From IMG/VR virus record IMGVR_UViG_3300042540_001399, positions 62,001 through 126,000 of that record: a stretch of 64,000 bases of DNA; one strand, given 5' to 3'. The notes under the pieces were generated by a model that had not been told where the DNA came from, did not search any database, and worked only from the letters and a program-made list of their open reading frames with translations. Both the position numbers and the translations under genes were made by a program. Of the stretch, positions 9,724 to 20,531 are shown piece after piece. How positions within the stretch are numbered: the stretch's first letter is position 1; each line of letters begins with the position of its first letter.

Positions 9724-12700
9724 TGGCGGTAATAAAATATAAATGGCCACCTCAAACCGACACAGGAGCGAGTACTTTTTCCGACGACTTGGTTGGTGTA
9801 CAACTTGTTGCCGGTGGAGGTTTAACTAACGCTAATTTTGAATTCACAACGGGATTAACGGAAAAACAAAATAGGAAATTTAACATAGGTGCCTTTTCTA
9901 GTCCAATTAGTTTAGATGATTTGGACCTAAAAAGTGTTGAAGAATCAAAAGTTTTAATTGCAAAAAATTTACAGGTATACCCTAATTTTGATTTAAGTCA
10001 AATAACTAATTTTACTTTGTTCGGCTCGTTGACCAAAAGGATATCAACTTCAATAAGTAGAATTATAAATTACTTTCCGGCGGGTATAGAAAGTTTGTCG
10101 CAAAATTTGAATTTCCAAACAGGACTTACCGCGGTAAATATGTATTACGATAAAGTTCTTGATGAAACTTATTTAGAATTACCATTAAACAGAATCAGAA
10201 ATCCTTTTGATATTGATTTTACTACTACAGCTACACGAAATTTTGAACTTAGCGAAATTGAAGTTTCACCCTTAAGAAATCTTACAGTGGAATATCTAAA
10301 CTATTCAATATTTGTTAATAGTTCAGAATATAATGTAATATTCTTAGATCCTGTTGATGATACTGATACTGTGTTAAAACTTTATGTCACTGGTAACCCA
10401 TTCAGTGGATTATCAGCTACGACCTCTGACATAGTGTTAAGACCTAATACTTTTTATACGGAAAAATCTTTCAATGACTTTTTTGATGAGGTTGAAAAGT
10501 TTCTTCTTAATAGATTGATTCTACCTATTTACACTGCGACTTTTCAAGTACCACAAGAAAATGATGATGGAACTTATTCTACAGTTAACCAAACAATAAG
10601 TTGGCCGTTGGACGGTTCATGGAACCTTGATATTAGAACAAATGATTTCGATAAGTATTTGACAACATTGAATACAATTTGTGAAAATTTAGATTCGTAC
10701 AACACAAATTTAATTTCAAGATTTTTGACCACAGGTGCATTAAAAGAATTTGATACAAGTGATAGAAAAATAGAAAAAGTCTTACAAATTTACGGTAGAA
10801 GTTTTGATGAAGTTAGAAAATTTGTTATGTCCTTGGCAAATATGACATCAGTAAATTATAATACTGGCAACGATATTCCATCACAACTTTTGAAAAACTT
10901 AGCAGAAACATTAGGATGGAAAACAAATATTTCTCCAATAAGTAATGAAGGTTTGTTGGATTCAATATTTGGTACTAATCAAGAAAGTAATTTTCCTGGA
11001 TATTCAAGAGCACTTACACCTGATGAAATTAATTATCAATTCTATAAGAATTTAATACTAAATGCGGCATATCTTTTTAAATCTAAAGGTACTAGAAGAT
11101 CCATTGAAATTCTTTTGAGACTTGTTGGTGCGCCAGAAGCCCTAATAGATTTTAACGAATACATATATATTGCTGATGAAAAAATAAACTTATCACAATT
11201 TGATAAACAATATTTAAACATTTCAAGTGGACTTTATGTTCAACAGACCCCTGTATTGGATCCAACGGATATCTTTTCTATCATGGGAGTTCAGTATACT
11301 GGGTTTACCTTACAAACGACTGTAAGTGGTGTATCTACAACTAGATTGGACTATCCTATGGACAATCAAGGGTACCCAACGGCACCACAAGAAAATGATG
11401 GATACTTCTTTCAAATTGGTGGTGGATGGTTTGAATCAACACCTGATCATCACATGCCAGAACAAGTAGTACCTACTAACCAAGTTTTTGTTGGGCAGAA
11501 TCCTAATTATCAGACAGTTTTATTACCGTTTAATTACGGGCAAATATATTTGGATAGATACCGTAAGTTTCCATTTATGAGTGTTGGTTACGGATTAAAC
11601 AAAACTATAGATAATAAAAAAAGTTGGACTATTGATAATGTTGGATTAAGAAAAAGTTCTGACGGAGGGTTCAATGCTTATTATAGGGTTTATGATGAAA
11701 GATATGTTGTAAACGTAAAAAACGTAGATGTATTTCTCAATCCAGCCCAAGGGTTAGCTTACGACGTTTGGTCTATGTCAAGAAGATACAATTACCCAAT
11801 ACCTAATGAAGGATTAGATTATGTAGAACCAACTTATTGTAATCCAAATCCAAATGGACCATATCCAAATAGGGGTGGTATAGATTGGACAGAAATAAAT
11901 CCTAAGCCAAAACAAAAAACATTTTTTGAGTTTGCCCAAACTTTTTGGAAGAACATGATTAATGTAAGGAATAGACAATTTATTACCGATGGTAAAACCG
12001 GTGGTTACCCAACTTTACAATCAATTTATTGGAAATATTTAGAGTCTAATCAAACAATCAATATACCTAATGATAATTTCACATATAGAACAATGATCGA
12101 CTATGTGAATGGTTTAGGGGATTATTGGATTAAACTTGTGGGACAAATGATACCAGCAACAACTTTATTAACATCTGGTGTGAGGTTAGAAAATTCCATA
12201 TTTCATAGACAAAAATTTGTTTGGAGAAGGCAAATGGGATGTCAAATTATACCAGTACCTTGCAAACCTTGTTCTTTAATTGGTCAACTGTTTGCGGTAG
12301 ATTGTCCAATACAATCGGCAACATGTCCTGTTTATCCTTGGGGATCTAACCCTTTAATTACATCTTTTGCGGTTGTACTGAATCAACTTCTACAAAATAA
12401 AGGATTAGTACAACCTAATTGTGACCCAAATACATTGGAAAGTACTTGGTATGTAGACTTAGTTTTAAACGGGGATTTACTATCACACTATGAATTTTTC
12501 ACGGGTTACGGAAATACAAGTCCTACAGCTAGTTATCCGTCAAACACGGTTTGGTTGTCGGCTTTACAGTCTGCTTTAAGTAATTTACAATCAGAAGGAT
12601 TAGATTATGTTATCAACAGTGATGACACTGTCACAATATATAATAGTAACTGTATACCCCTAAGTGTTACCCAAAATTTTGAAATAAATGTTGGGATAAA

Positions 12701-12725
12701 CTTTAATTTACTTTGTATTCAATGA
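9723..12725 (+). CDS. Baseplate wedge-like protein (P2 gpI / T4 gp7-type segment), 1000 aa
   Basis: IPSQLLKNLAETLGWK...AAYLFKSKGTRRSIEILLRLVG resembles the Tail_P2_I pattern (L..LA...G......KGT...I...L..LG). Confidence 0.65.
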   Translation: MAVIKYKWPPQTDTGASTFSDDLVGVQLVAGGGLTNANFEFTTGLTEKQNRKFNIGAFSSPISLDDLDLKSVEESKVLIAKNLQVYPNFDLSQITNFTLFGSLTKRISTSISRIINYFPAGIESLSQNLNFQTGLTAVNMYYDKVLDETYLELPLNRIRNPFDIDFTTTATRNFELSEIEVSPLRNLTVEYLNYSIFVNSSEYNVIFLDPVDDTDTVLKLYVTGNPFSGLSATTSDIVLRPNTFYTEKSFNDFFDEVEKFLLNRLILPIYTATFQVPQENDDGTYSTVNQTISWPLDGSWNLDIRTNDFDKYLTTLNTICENLDSYNTNLISRFLTTGALKEFDTSDRKIEKVLQIYGRSFDEVRKFVMSLANMTSVNYNTGNDIPSQLLKNLAETLGWKTNISPISNEGLLDSIFGTNQESNFPGYSRALTPDEINYQFYKNLILNAAYLFKSKGTRRSIEILLRLVGAPEALIDFNEYIYIADEKINLSQFDKQYLNISSGLYVQQTPVLDPTDIFSIMGVQYTGFTLQTTVSGVSTTRLDYPMDNQGYPTAPQENDGYFFQIGGGWFESTPDHHMPEQVVPTNQVFVGQNPNYQTVLLPFNYGQIYLDRYRKFPFMSVGYGLNKTIDNKKSWTIDNVGLRKSSDGGFNAYYRVYDERYVVNVKNVDVFLNPAQGLAYDVWSMSRRYNYPIPNEGLDYVEPTYCNPNPNGPYPNRGGIDWTEINPKPKQKTFFEFAQTFWKNMINVRNRQFITDGKTGGYPTLQSIYWKYLESNQTINIPNDNFTYRTMIDYVNGLGDYWIKLVGQMIPATTLLTSGVRLENSIFHRQKFVWRRQMGCQIIPVPCKPCSLIGQLFAVDCPIQSATCPVYPWGSNPLITSFAVVLNQLLQNKGLVQPNCDPNTLESTWYVDLVLNGDLLSHYEFFTGYGNTSPTASYPSNTVWLSALQSALSNLQSEGLDYVINSDDTVTIYNSNCIPLSVTQNFEINVGINFNLLCIQ

Positions 12726-15484
12726 GTTGTGGTTCAATAAATATATTCAATTATTCAATTACGGGAGACTGTGAAAACACAGGATCTGGAGGTGTATCCT
12801 TTTCAATAAATGGGGGATCTCCAAACTATACAGTAACTGAATATTCATCAACAGGATTATTACCTACATCGGCAGATACCACATCATATTTTTTTGTAGG
12901 TCTTACCGCAGGAACGTATGTTATTGAAATAGTTGACAGTTGTTTAGAAGAACCACTTATTTCACAATTTGTAGAATTCACTATTTCTTCGGGAAGTTGT
13001 ATTTCTATCCAAAGTCAGGGAACAACGTGTGGACTAAACAATGGTTCTATAACGGCATCGACAACTAATATATATGGAACAGGATATTATTATTTATATG
13101 AAATTAATGATGGATACATAACAAGTGGTACCAACTTTAGTAATATTTTTAATAACCTGACACCTGGTTTTTATTATGTTATTGGAGATGATGGTGGTGG
13201 ATGTACCGGTCGTAGTGAAACTTGTCTAATAAAAGAAACAAACTCGTTGGACTTTGGTTTATATATCGTAAATGATGCTAGTTGTGTGCCAATAGATGGA
13301 ACCGGAAAAATATTTGTAACAGGTACAACAGGAACTCCACCTTATACATACAATTGGACACCGAATGTTGGACCCCAAACAGGTCCAATTGTTACTGGTC
13401 TTACCGCAGGAACCTATTCTGTAACAGTAACCGATAATTTGGGATGCTCAAAAACACAAAGTGTTTTGTTGACAGATGTGCCAAATTTAGGTATTGCCGC
13501 TATGTTAACAACAAGTCAACCATCTTGTTTTTCAAATGACGGAGTGGTTGATGTTATTGTTTCTGGTGGAACAGCACCTTATTATTTTTCAGGATCAAAC
13601 GGAGAAGTTGTTATACAATATAGTAATACATATACCTTTACGGGACTATCAAATGGTGTCTTCACAATTTCAGTCACAGACGCGGGTCTTTGTAATGTAA
13701 CATCATCAGTTTCCTTGATTACACCAAATGGTTTCATTGTAACATCTATGGTTGTTACAAATTCGAATTGTAATCAAACCGATGGCTCAGTTCATATTGA
13801 ACTCAATAATGGTCTGGCTCCAGGTAACTATCAGTACACACTCTATGATTATAATAGTAATCAAACAGTTATAACCACAACTTCTATTTGTGATTTTACC
13901 GGATTAGAAAGTGGAAGCTATACAATAACAATACAAGATGTACCCAACAATTCAGGATGTATTTATACAGGTTATTTTTCTGTTGTAAATCAAAATAAGT
14001 TCGAAATAAGTGTAAGTAATACTGACACAACTTGTGGATTGAATAATGGTGTTGCAATTATTACCGCAACCACAGGAGGAACATTACCTCTAAACTATAC
14101 ATTGTCGGGTGGTACACCTGTTACGACTACAACACAATTAACGAACGTATTTAACAATCTAAGTCCTGGTTTTTATCAAATAACAGTAACAGATTCTGCG
14201 GTACCATCATGTTCACAAACTGAATTATTTTATGTTGCTCCGTCACAGAACGTTAATATAAATTTAATTGGTGTCCCACCAGTAATAGGTAATGATGGTG
14301 AAATATTCCTTAATATTACAAGTGGTAATCCTCCATTTACAATTACGTGGAGTCCAAATGTTGGATCACAAACAGGACTACATTTAACAGGTTTGTCAAA
14401 TGGTAGTTATAGTGTTTTGGTTACAGATAGTGACGGATGTATTTCATCGGACATAATATCATTACAAGGCACTGAATTAGTTACAACTTACGCGTCTTTT
14501 AATTTGTGTACCGATGATTTCATAGACACAAAAACATATGGAAAAAGAGGAGTTCTTCAAATGATGAACGAAGGATTTTTCGATCTTACAACAGGTGATA
14601 CTGGTTGTGAAATAGTAGAAGCCTACTTTACAACCCAAGTCGAAATTGATGGTGTTGTAAAAGAAGATTTATTTTTAACTTACACGGGAACACCTTTTCC
14701 ACAATACGCAGACATTTTATGGATAGAAAGTCTTAGAACCACACTTAAAGAATTTGACGAAGTAGGAGATGTGATTATTGATTTGGCAACAAATAAAATA
14801 ACTATAACAAACAAATGTAACACAAAAATAAAGGACTGTGATATTGTAACTTTTAACGACTTTAGTGATACTAATGTCAAAATAAATTTGTTGGTTGAAT
14901 ATCTAATAAATTGTCAAACTTGTGGTAAAGCGCCTGATTGTATAGGATTCTATGCTGATATGTCAATTGTAAGTGGTGATTGTAGTGGTTTCAGTGCAAA
15001 TATGAATTTAGTGGGACCAACACCAACACCGTCAGTAACACCAACACCAACAATTACTCCTACACCTACAATCACACCTACAGTAACTCCGACAATTACA
15101 CCAACACCTACTATACCAGCAACTGGTTGTACCTGTTTCATATTAGAATCAAACGCCGATCTGGCGATTTTTGAATATACTAAATGTGGGGAGTCTACAC
15201 CAAGTACAATTCCTATTTTGTTTGGTACGGGATACACTTGTTCATCAACTACCCCTATTTTAATTAGTGGTATGGGATCGGTATTGGGTTCATCGGGTTC
15301 ATGTATAGTTTATGAATGGGAAATCACCTTTAGCGGTGGTGGATCATACACTACATATAATTGTGGTTCATCAAATGAAACTTCCGTTTTAAGTGGAGGT
15401 ACTTTCACGGTTTGTTCGACTATAACACCAACAAGTTCATCACCAAATTTTGTGTCAGCAGTAAATATTGGAATATGTCCTTAA
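12713..15484 (+). CDS. Fibre/adhesin-like protein with multiple SprB-like repeats and a Pro-Thr linker (923 aa; start may be 12722)
   Basis: Repeated C...(N/D)G.I.....GGT.PY.Y.W......GL.AG.Y.V.VTD..GC units (e.g. GTTGTPPYTYNWT...GLTAGTYSVTVTDNLGC). PT tract near the C-terminus. Confidence 0.7.
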   Translation: MYSMSCGSINIFNYSITGDCENTGSGGVSFSINGGSPNYTVTEYSSTGLLPTSADTTSYFFVGLTAGTYVIEIVDSCLEEPLISQFVEFTISSGSCISIQSQGTTCGLNNGSITASTTNIYGTGYYYLYEINDGYITSGTNFSNIFNNLTPGFYYVIGDDGGGCTGRSETCLIKETNSLDFGLYIVNDASCVPIDGTGKIFVTGTTGTPPYTYNWTPNVGPQTGPIVTGLTAGTYSVTVTDNLGCSKTQSVLLTDVPNLGIAAMLTTSQPSCFSNDGVVDVIVSGGTAPYYFSGSNGEVVIQYSNTYTFTGLSNGVFTISVTDAGLCNVTSSVSLITPNGFIVTSMVVTNSNCNQTDGSVHIELNNGLAPGNYQYTLYDYNSNQTVITTTSICDFTGLESGSYTITIQDVPNNSGCIYTGYFSVVNQNKFEISVSNTDTTCGLNNGVAIITATTGGTLPLNYTLSGGTPVTTTTQLTNVFNNLSPGFYQITVTDSAVPSCSQTELFYVAPSQNVNINLIGVPPVIGNDGEIFLNITSGNPPFTITWSPNVGSQTGLHLTGLSNGSYSVLVTDSDGCISSDIISLQGTELVTTYASFNLCTDDFIDTKTYGKRGVLQMMNEGFFDLTTGDTGCEIVEAYFTTQVEIDGVVKEDLFLTYTGTPFPQYADILWIESLRTTLKEFDEVGDVIIDLATNKITITNKCNTKIKDCDIVTFNDFSDTNVKINLLVEYLINCQTCGKAPDCIGFYADMSIVSGDCSGFSANMNLVGPTPTPSVTPTPTITPTPTITPTVTPTITPTPTIPATGCTCFILESNADLAIFEYTKCGESTPSTIPILFGTGYTCSSTTPILISGMGSVLGSSGSCIVYEWEITFSGGGSYTTYNCGSSNETSVLSGGTFTVCSTITPTSSSPNFVSAVNIGICP
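15017..15118 (+). repeat. Pro-Thr low-complexity coding repeat
   Basis: PTPTPSVTPTPTITPTPTITPTVTPTITPTPTIP, encoded by ccaaca-type repeats. Confidence 0.9.
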
Positions 15485-15513
15485 ATAAAATAAAAATATA
15501 ATATATATAGAAT

Positions 15514-17694
15514 ATGGCACTTCAAGTAACAATTACAAATATAAATTCAGTAACATACCCTGTTGATGTATATGTTTGTACAGATTGTCCAGATACAAGT
15601 TGTACTTTAGTTGACACAATTTTTTCTGTACCATCAACAATAAACATACCCGCACCCTATAGCGGTTCATCTTCTTTTTCTGTTAGAATTGTAGATAGTG
15701 CCAATTGTGAATATTGTCAAACTTTTGGAAATACAACAACAACTACAACAACCATAAATCCATTGTGTTTAAGTTGTGATATTGGTTTTGATTTTTACGA
15801 TACTAACCCAATATCCGAAATTTCAGTTGGAGAAGTTACAGGAAGTTGTGATACAAATATTACTGATTACGTTATAAATTGGTATGGACCGGGTATTGGA
15901 AGTAGTACAGTTGCGTTTACTTCGGGTATAGGTAATTCATATAGTGGTGACTATACATATACACATCCGCTTACAGGATCATCGTCAGTTCCTGTTGTTG
16001 CAGGAGTCTACACACCAATAATACAAAAAATCAAATTGAATGGTATTGAGTACACGGACTTAAATTGTTTCCAATCAACTACAGTTGATGTTGATGCATT
16101 AACATGTATTAATGGACCTGGAACTAATTTGCCACAATATTCCCATTTGTTAAGTTTTAGTGCTGTTACAAATTTGAATCCACCACCGGTAAATGTGACT
16201 TACGCATTGGATCCTTTGAAACCATATTTTGCAATTAGATTCGATACTGAATTAGTTTATGACAGTTTGAAAATTACATTGAATGCTGCGGCATATACAG
16301 ACCCAATTATTTTAGAATATTTTACCGCGGGTCAGTCTTTAGGTGGATCAGATCTTAATTTAAATACAACACCAAAAAAATTCCAACATTCCTTTAGTCT
16401 ACCATTTGTGGCGAAAGTACTTACACTAACAGGGTTTACAATAAATACTGGTGATTATATTGATATAGAAGTTACCCCCAACCCAACAAACAATAACACA
16501 AATTGGAAACTTTATTGTGAATGTTTAGAAAATTTTGATTGTTCTTTGTGTGACGACACAAATAACACAACACCATTTAAAATAATTGAATCTTCTATAA
16601 CCCAAGGTGCTGCCAGCCCATGTGACATTATAAGTATGACTTTCCAAGTAAGTGCTTGTACATCAAGTGATTTTTTAAGATATATGTTAAATACTGGTGG
16701 TACTTTTTCTAATATTAATTATATTGATAATTTTTACCAAGGTATAGTGACCCAATATTTCACAAATATGAGCTCCACACCTCAGATTCAGTGTGTAAAT
16801 GGTGGGTACTACTTAACGCCACAATGTGATACACCAAGCAATTCTACAATTACTTATAGCAAAAATGTACCAGGAGCCGAAGGACAGATAACCATGACCT
16901 TCACTGATTTTACAGATTTTCAAGTATATAATAATGGATGGAATAACTTACTTTTTAGTTATTCGGGGAATCCTACAGATTGTACCGATATTGAATACTA
17001 CAGATATTTTTGGTTAACAATCCCACTAGCAAGTGGAAATGATAATTGTGGTGACACTACAGGTTACGAAACTTATTTTATTCACCCATCATCAACATTC
17101 ACAACTGGTGGAACAGGTCCATGGACAATAACAATTGATATGGCTACCATAACTGACTGTATTACATTTACTAGTTGTGATCTAAATTGTAATACTGAAG
17201 TTTTGACAACTTTAAGTAATGTAAATAATTCATCAACAGGAACAACTAATAATATTTCAATAACTTCAAACACAGGATCAAGATTAGTAACTCCGTGGCA
17301 TTCCGTAACACTTATAGATTCAGGGTCAACCACTTTTTCATCAAGTACAGTTACAAACCAAATGTGGATACCAAAATATATTAATGAAACAGTACCTTAC
17401 TCTGGAAATCCTCTCACCATAATTCCTAATCTTTCAGGGAAGACATGCGATTTCAATAATTGGACATATAATTCTGCAAATCCATCAATTAACAACGGTT
17501 TTTATGTGCAATTCGGGTTTTGGTACGAAGTTAGAAGGACAAACCCATTGAATGTTGCGGATTTCGAAATATGGACAACAAATTTAACAAATGGAACATA
17601 TACTGGTTATCCTGGTCAACCTACCGCATTATTTAAAATATATGAATTTGTAGGTGGGGTTCCTAATGTGATTGATCCAAACTTTTTTGTTTAA
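15514..17694 (+). CDS. Cys/Thr-rich fibre-like structural protein (726 aa)
   Basis: N-terminal ~70 aa domain shared with ORFs at 17696 and 28234, followed by a poly-Thr linker. Structural context. Confidence 0.55.
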   Translation: MALQVTITNINSVTYPVDVYVCTDCPDTSCTLVDTIFSVPSTINIPAPYSGSSSFSVRIVDSANCEYCQTFGNTTTTTTTINPLCLSCDIGFDFYDTNPISEISVGEVTGSCDTNITDYVINWYGPGIGSSTVAFTSGIGNSYSGDYTYTHPLTGSSSVPVVAGVYTPIIQKIKLNGIEYTDLNCFQSTTVDVDALTCINGPGTNLPQYSHLLSFSAVTNLNPPPVNVTYALDPLKPYFAIRFDTELVYDSLKITLNAAAYTDPIILEYFTAGQSLGGSDLNLNTTPKKFQHSFSLPFVAKVLTLTGFTINTGDYIDIEVTPNPTNNNTNWKLYCECLENFDCSLCDDTNNTTPFKIIESSITQGAASPCDIISMTFQVSACTSSDFLRYMLNTGGTFSNINYIDNFYQGIVTQYFTNMSSTPQIQCVNGGYYLTPQCDTPSNSTITYSKNVPGAEGQITMTFTDFTDFQVYNNGWNNLLFSYSGNPTDCTDIEYYRYFWLTIPLASGNDNCGDTTGYETYFIHPSSTFTTGGTGPWTITIDMATITDCITFTSCDLNCNTEVLTTLSNVNNSSTGTTNNISITSNTGSRLVTPWHSVTLIDSGSTTFSSSTVTNQMWIPKYINETVPYSGNPLTIIPNLSGKTCDFNNWTYNSANPSINNGFYVQFGFWYEVRRTNPLNVADFEIWTTNLTNGTYTGYPGQPTALFKIYEFVGGVPNVIDPNFFV

Positions 17695-17695
17695 T

Positions 17696-18004
17696 ATGGG
17701 ACAAATTCAAATTACTAGCACAAGTTTTACATCATTACCATATAATGTTTATGTTTGTGATGTTTATGGAAATCAATGTGTTTTAGTTGCAAATATTGTT
17801 ACATCACAACCACCAACAATAGTAATTAATGTTCCTATACAATTTAACAACGCACCCGCAATTGGAATAAAGATAATTGATTCTTTGGGATGTGAAATTT
17901 TTAAAATTTTAGATTGTTCACCTGATGGCTTTAATCAAAAACAATTTCAGGATGGGTATTTCTTTTATTTTATGGATAATGATTCTTACGATTTCCAAAA
18001 CTAA
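17696..18004 (+). CDS. Small structural protein, paralogue of the ~70 aa Cys domain (likely start 17696)
   Basis: MGQIQITST...PYNVYVCD...CVLV...IKIIDSLGCE aligns with the N-terminus of 15514 and with 28019..28234. The ATG follows the previous stop directly. Confidence 0.6.
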   Translation: MGQIQITSTSFTSLPYNVYVCDVYGNQCVLVANIVTSQPPTIVINVPIQFNNAPAIGIKIIDSLGCEIFKILDCSPDGFNQKQFQDGYFFYFMDNDSYDFQN

Positions 18005-18027
18005 AATATTTATAAGAAAAAAAATTA

Positions 18028-19494
18028 ATGTCATTTTTAACAGATAGAAATTTTGCTTCAGGTGTTTCGGTTAATGATTTAATTCACATTGTTATAACAG
18101 GTGATACATCACAAAATCCTGCCGGATCATCATATAAAACTACTTTGGGTGATGTAATTTCTTTAGTGACAGGAATTACAGGAAATTATTTACCAATAAG
18201 TGGTGGTACAGTTACGGGCACAACTTTCTTTATCAGTGGTTTATCGGCCAACACTTTTTCGGCATCAACTATTGGTTCATCAGGTAGTTGTGTAGACGAT
18301 TTGTATGTTTCGAATATACATTCATGTTCGCCTTTGAATATAAATCCATTTGACGAAGGTGAAGTTCTGTTTGGGTCCAATAAACAAATTTTTGTTGACT
18401 TAGTTGGTAAAAAAGTTGGATTCAATATGACCCCAACATATAATATTGATGCGATGGGAACTACTAATGGTAGATTTTTCTTTAGAGGTGCGTCCCTTCC
18501 AAGTATAAACATTTCTGGTACAAGTAACTCCTACGTATCCACAAACACTGTGGCAGGAAATGTTGGGTTATTGTCTGTTGCTTTTGGGGAATCATACCCA
18601 TCTAACCTTTATGGTGTTGTATCGGGAAATACTTTACTAACAAACACAAATGAATCAAATGATATGGTTATTTTAACCAATCAAAGTTCAACTAATGATA
18701 AAAATATAAAGTTTTTTGCTGGAAAATCTGCGGATACAAAACCTGATATTATTATTTTGGGTTCAGGATCAGGATTAAAAAGAGGGTATGTTGGTGTTGG
18801 ATTAAATAATCCCCAGGAACACTTACATGTTGATGGAAATTCTATAATCAACCAAGGATTAACCGCGGCAACATTTAATATTTCAACAGCACCTAATATA
18901 GATACAAATGTACCTACAGAATATCTAACAAGAGATGCTTCGACCGGTGAAGTTAAAATCAAACAAATTCCAGGACCAACCGTTTTCGGTTTATTTGCAC
19001 AAACAGGAAACAGTGTGGTTATCAGCGGTACCACAGTTGAATCTACTTTAATTGATGGAGGTGTTGGAACTTTATCTGTTCCGGCAAATGGTTTTTCTAT
19101 TGGGGATAGTTTTAGAGCGGACTTTGGTGGTTTAATGAGTGTAAAACCTGGTGGTGATACTTTAAGAATTAGAATAAAAACTGGTAGTGTTATTTTAGGT
19201 GATACTGGAGTTTTAAGTATACCGGCAGTAACAAACGATGTTTGGCTTTTAAATATAAATTTTACGGTAAGAAAACTTGGGGGACCAACGTTTGCTTCAA
19301 TTGTAAGTTTAGGAAATCTACATGTAATAAAAGCCGCAAGTACAACACCAACAAGTTTTGCCTTTAACACTGTTAACTCATCAACTTTTGATACAACAAT
19401 ATCAAATACACTTGACGTTACCGCCGAATGGGGAAGCAATAGTACTAATAACAAAATATATTCTGATATTTTTGTTCTAAATAAAATATATTAA
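18028..19494 (+). CDS. Tail fibre protein (488 aa)
   Basis: YLPISGGTVTG and GYVGVGLNNPQEHLHVDGN are typical fibre shaft motifs (YLPLSGGTLTG; GNVGIGT..P...LHV.G). Confidence 0.65.
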   Translation: MSFLTDRNFASGVSVNDLIHIVITGDTSQNPAGSSYKTTLGDVISLVTGITGNYLPISGGTVTGTTFFISGLSANTFSASTIGSSGSCVDDLYVSNIHSCSPLNINPFDEGEVLFGSNKQIFVDLVGKKVGFNMTPTYNIDAMGTTNGRFFFRGASLPSINISGTSNSYVSTNTVAGNVGLLSVAFGESYPSNLYGVVSGNTLLTNTNESNDMVILTNQSSTNDKNIKFFAGKSADTKPDIIILGSGSGLKRGYVGVGLNNPQEHLHVDGNSIINQGLTAATFNISTAPNIDTNVPTEYLTRDASTGEVKIKQIPGPTVFGLFAQTGNSVVISGTTVESTLIDGGVGTLSVPANGFSIGDSFRADFGGLMSVKPGGDTLRIRIKTGSVILGDTGVLSIPAVTNDVWLLNINFTVRKLGGPTFASIVSLGNLHVIKAASTTPTSFAFNTVNSSTFDTTISNTLDVTAEWGSNSTNNKIYSDIFVLNKIY

Positions 19495-19529
19495 ATTCAC
19501 TTTGTCTATTTTGACAATATATTTTCAAT

Positions 19530-20507
19530 ATGAAAGATATTGTATTTGTTACGGCACAACCAGACGTTCCTTATTTCCATTGGCAAGTTAAATTATATAC
19601 CCACAATTTTATAAAAAAAGGCATCAATCCAAATAACATACATGTAATATTTGCAATGGTTCATGGTGCAAAAAAACCAACTGATGAAGCTTTAAAAATA
19701 AAAGATTATGGTGTTAATGTTCATTTTTATGAAGATAATAGAGATATTAAAACATATATACCAAGCATAAAACCTTATATGATCACACAGTGGTTAAAAG
19801 AGTTTCCCGAACATGGTAAATTGTTTTTTTTACATGATGCGGATATAATATTTAACTACCTACCAAATTTCGAAGAACTTTTAAAAGACGAACTTACTTA
19901 TGTATCTGACACAATTGGGTATATAGGTTATAACTATATTATGGATTGTTGTAATAGATATGAAACAAAACATCCAAATTCACAAAAAGGACAGTTACTA
20001 CAAGAAATGGTTAATATTGTAGGTGTAACAGTAGATTGTGTAAAATGTAATCAAGAAAATTCTGGTGGTGGTCAATATCTAATTAAAAACACTGATCATA
20101 ATTTATGGCAAAAAATATATGACGATTGTTCTCCATTATATTATCAGATGTTAGATTATCAAAAAAGATTTCCCATAAGTCCAGGTGAAATTCAATTTTG
20201 GACGGCAGAAATGTGGTCATTACTTTGGAATCTATGGTTAAACGGTAACGAAACCAAAATAACTAAAGAGCTTAATTTTTCATGGGCAACTGACACCATA
20301 GGAGTTTTCGAAAAAAATCCAATACTACATATGGCAGGTGTAACCGAAAATCTAAAAGGTACTAAGTTTTACAAAGGAGAATACATTAATATTGACCCAA
20401 TCCAAAAATTAAAATCTAACCCAAACCATTTTGATTACATAGATAAAAACAGCTCAACAATCAAGTATGTTGAAGTAATGAAATCTTTCATTCAAAATGA
20501 CTTATAA
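19530..20507 (+). CDS. GT-A glycosyltransferase resembling plant peptidyl-Ser galactosyltransferase / Hyp arabinosyltransferase (GT96/GT95-like)
   Basis: Ordered motifs YFHWQ, YIPSIKP...QWL, FFLHDADIIF (DxD), GGGQY, WTAEMW mirror recalled SGT1 motifs YFDWQ, YPAINKP...YWL, ILDADMII, VGG, WISEMY. No signal peptide. Confidence 0.7.
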   Translation: MKDIVFVTAQPDVPYFHWQVKLYTHNFIKKGINPNNIHVIFAMVHGAKKPTDEALKIKDYGVNVHFYEDNRDIKTYIPSIKPYMITQWLKEFPEHGKLFFLHDADIIFNYLPNFEELLKDELTYVSDTIGYIGYNYIMDCCNRYETKHPNSQKGQLLQEMVNIVGVTVDCVKCNQENSGGGQYLIKNTDHNLWQKIYDDCSPLYYQMLDYQKRFPISPGEIQFWTAEMWSLLWNLWLNGNETKITKELNFSWATDTIGVFEKNPILHMAGVTENLKGTKFYKGEYINIDPIQKLKSNPNHFDYIDKNSSTIKYVEVMKSFIQNDL

Positions 20508-20531
20508 ATGTATTTATAATTAAAATATACA

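Noticed and set aside
18186-19454. Long antisense ORFs (18186..18512, 18681..19454) and similar ones at 31893..32453, 14950..15237, 33972..34319, 34659..34988, 51058..51486
   Set aside because: They lie fully opposite well-supported genes and read as codon-usage shadows (Ser/Phe/Ile- or Val/Gly-rich mirrors of Glu/Lys or Thr/Pro tracts).
19511-19516. TTGACA upstream of the glycosyltransferase as a -35 box
   Set aside because: It is only 13 nt from the ATG. A weak TTCACT-N16-TATATTTT alternative exists but was not counted in the class-II set.
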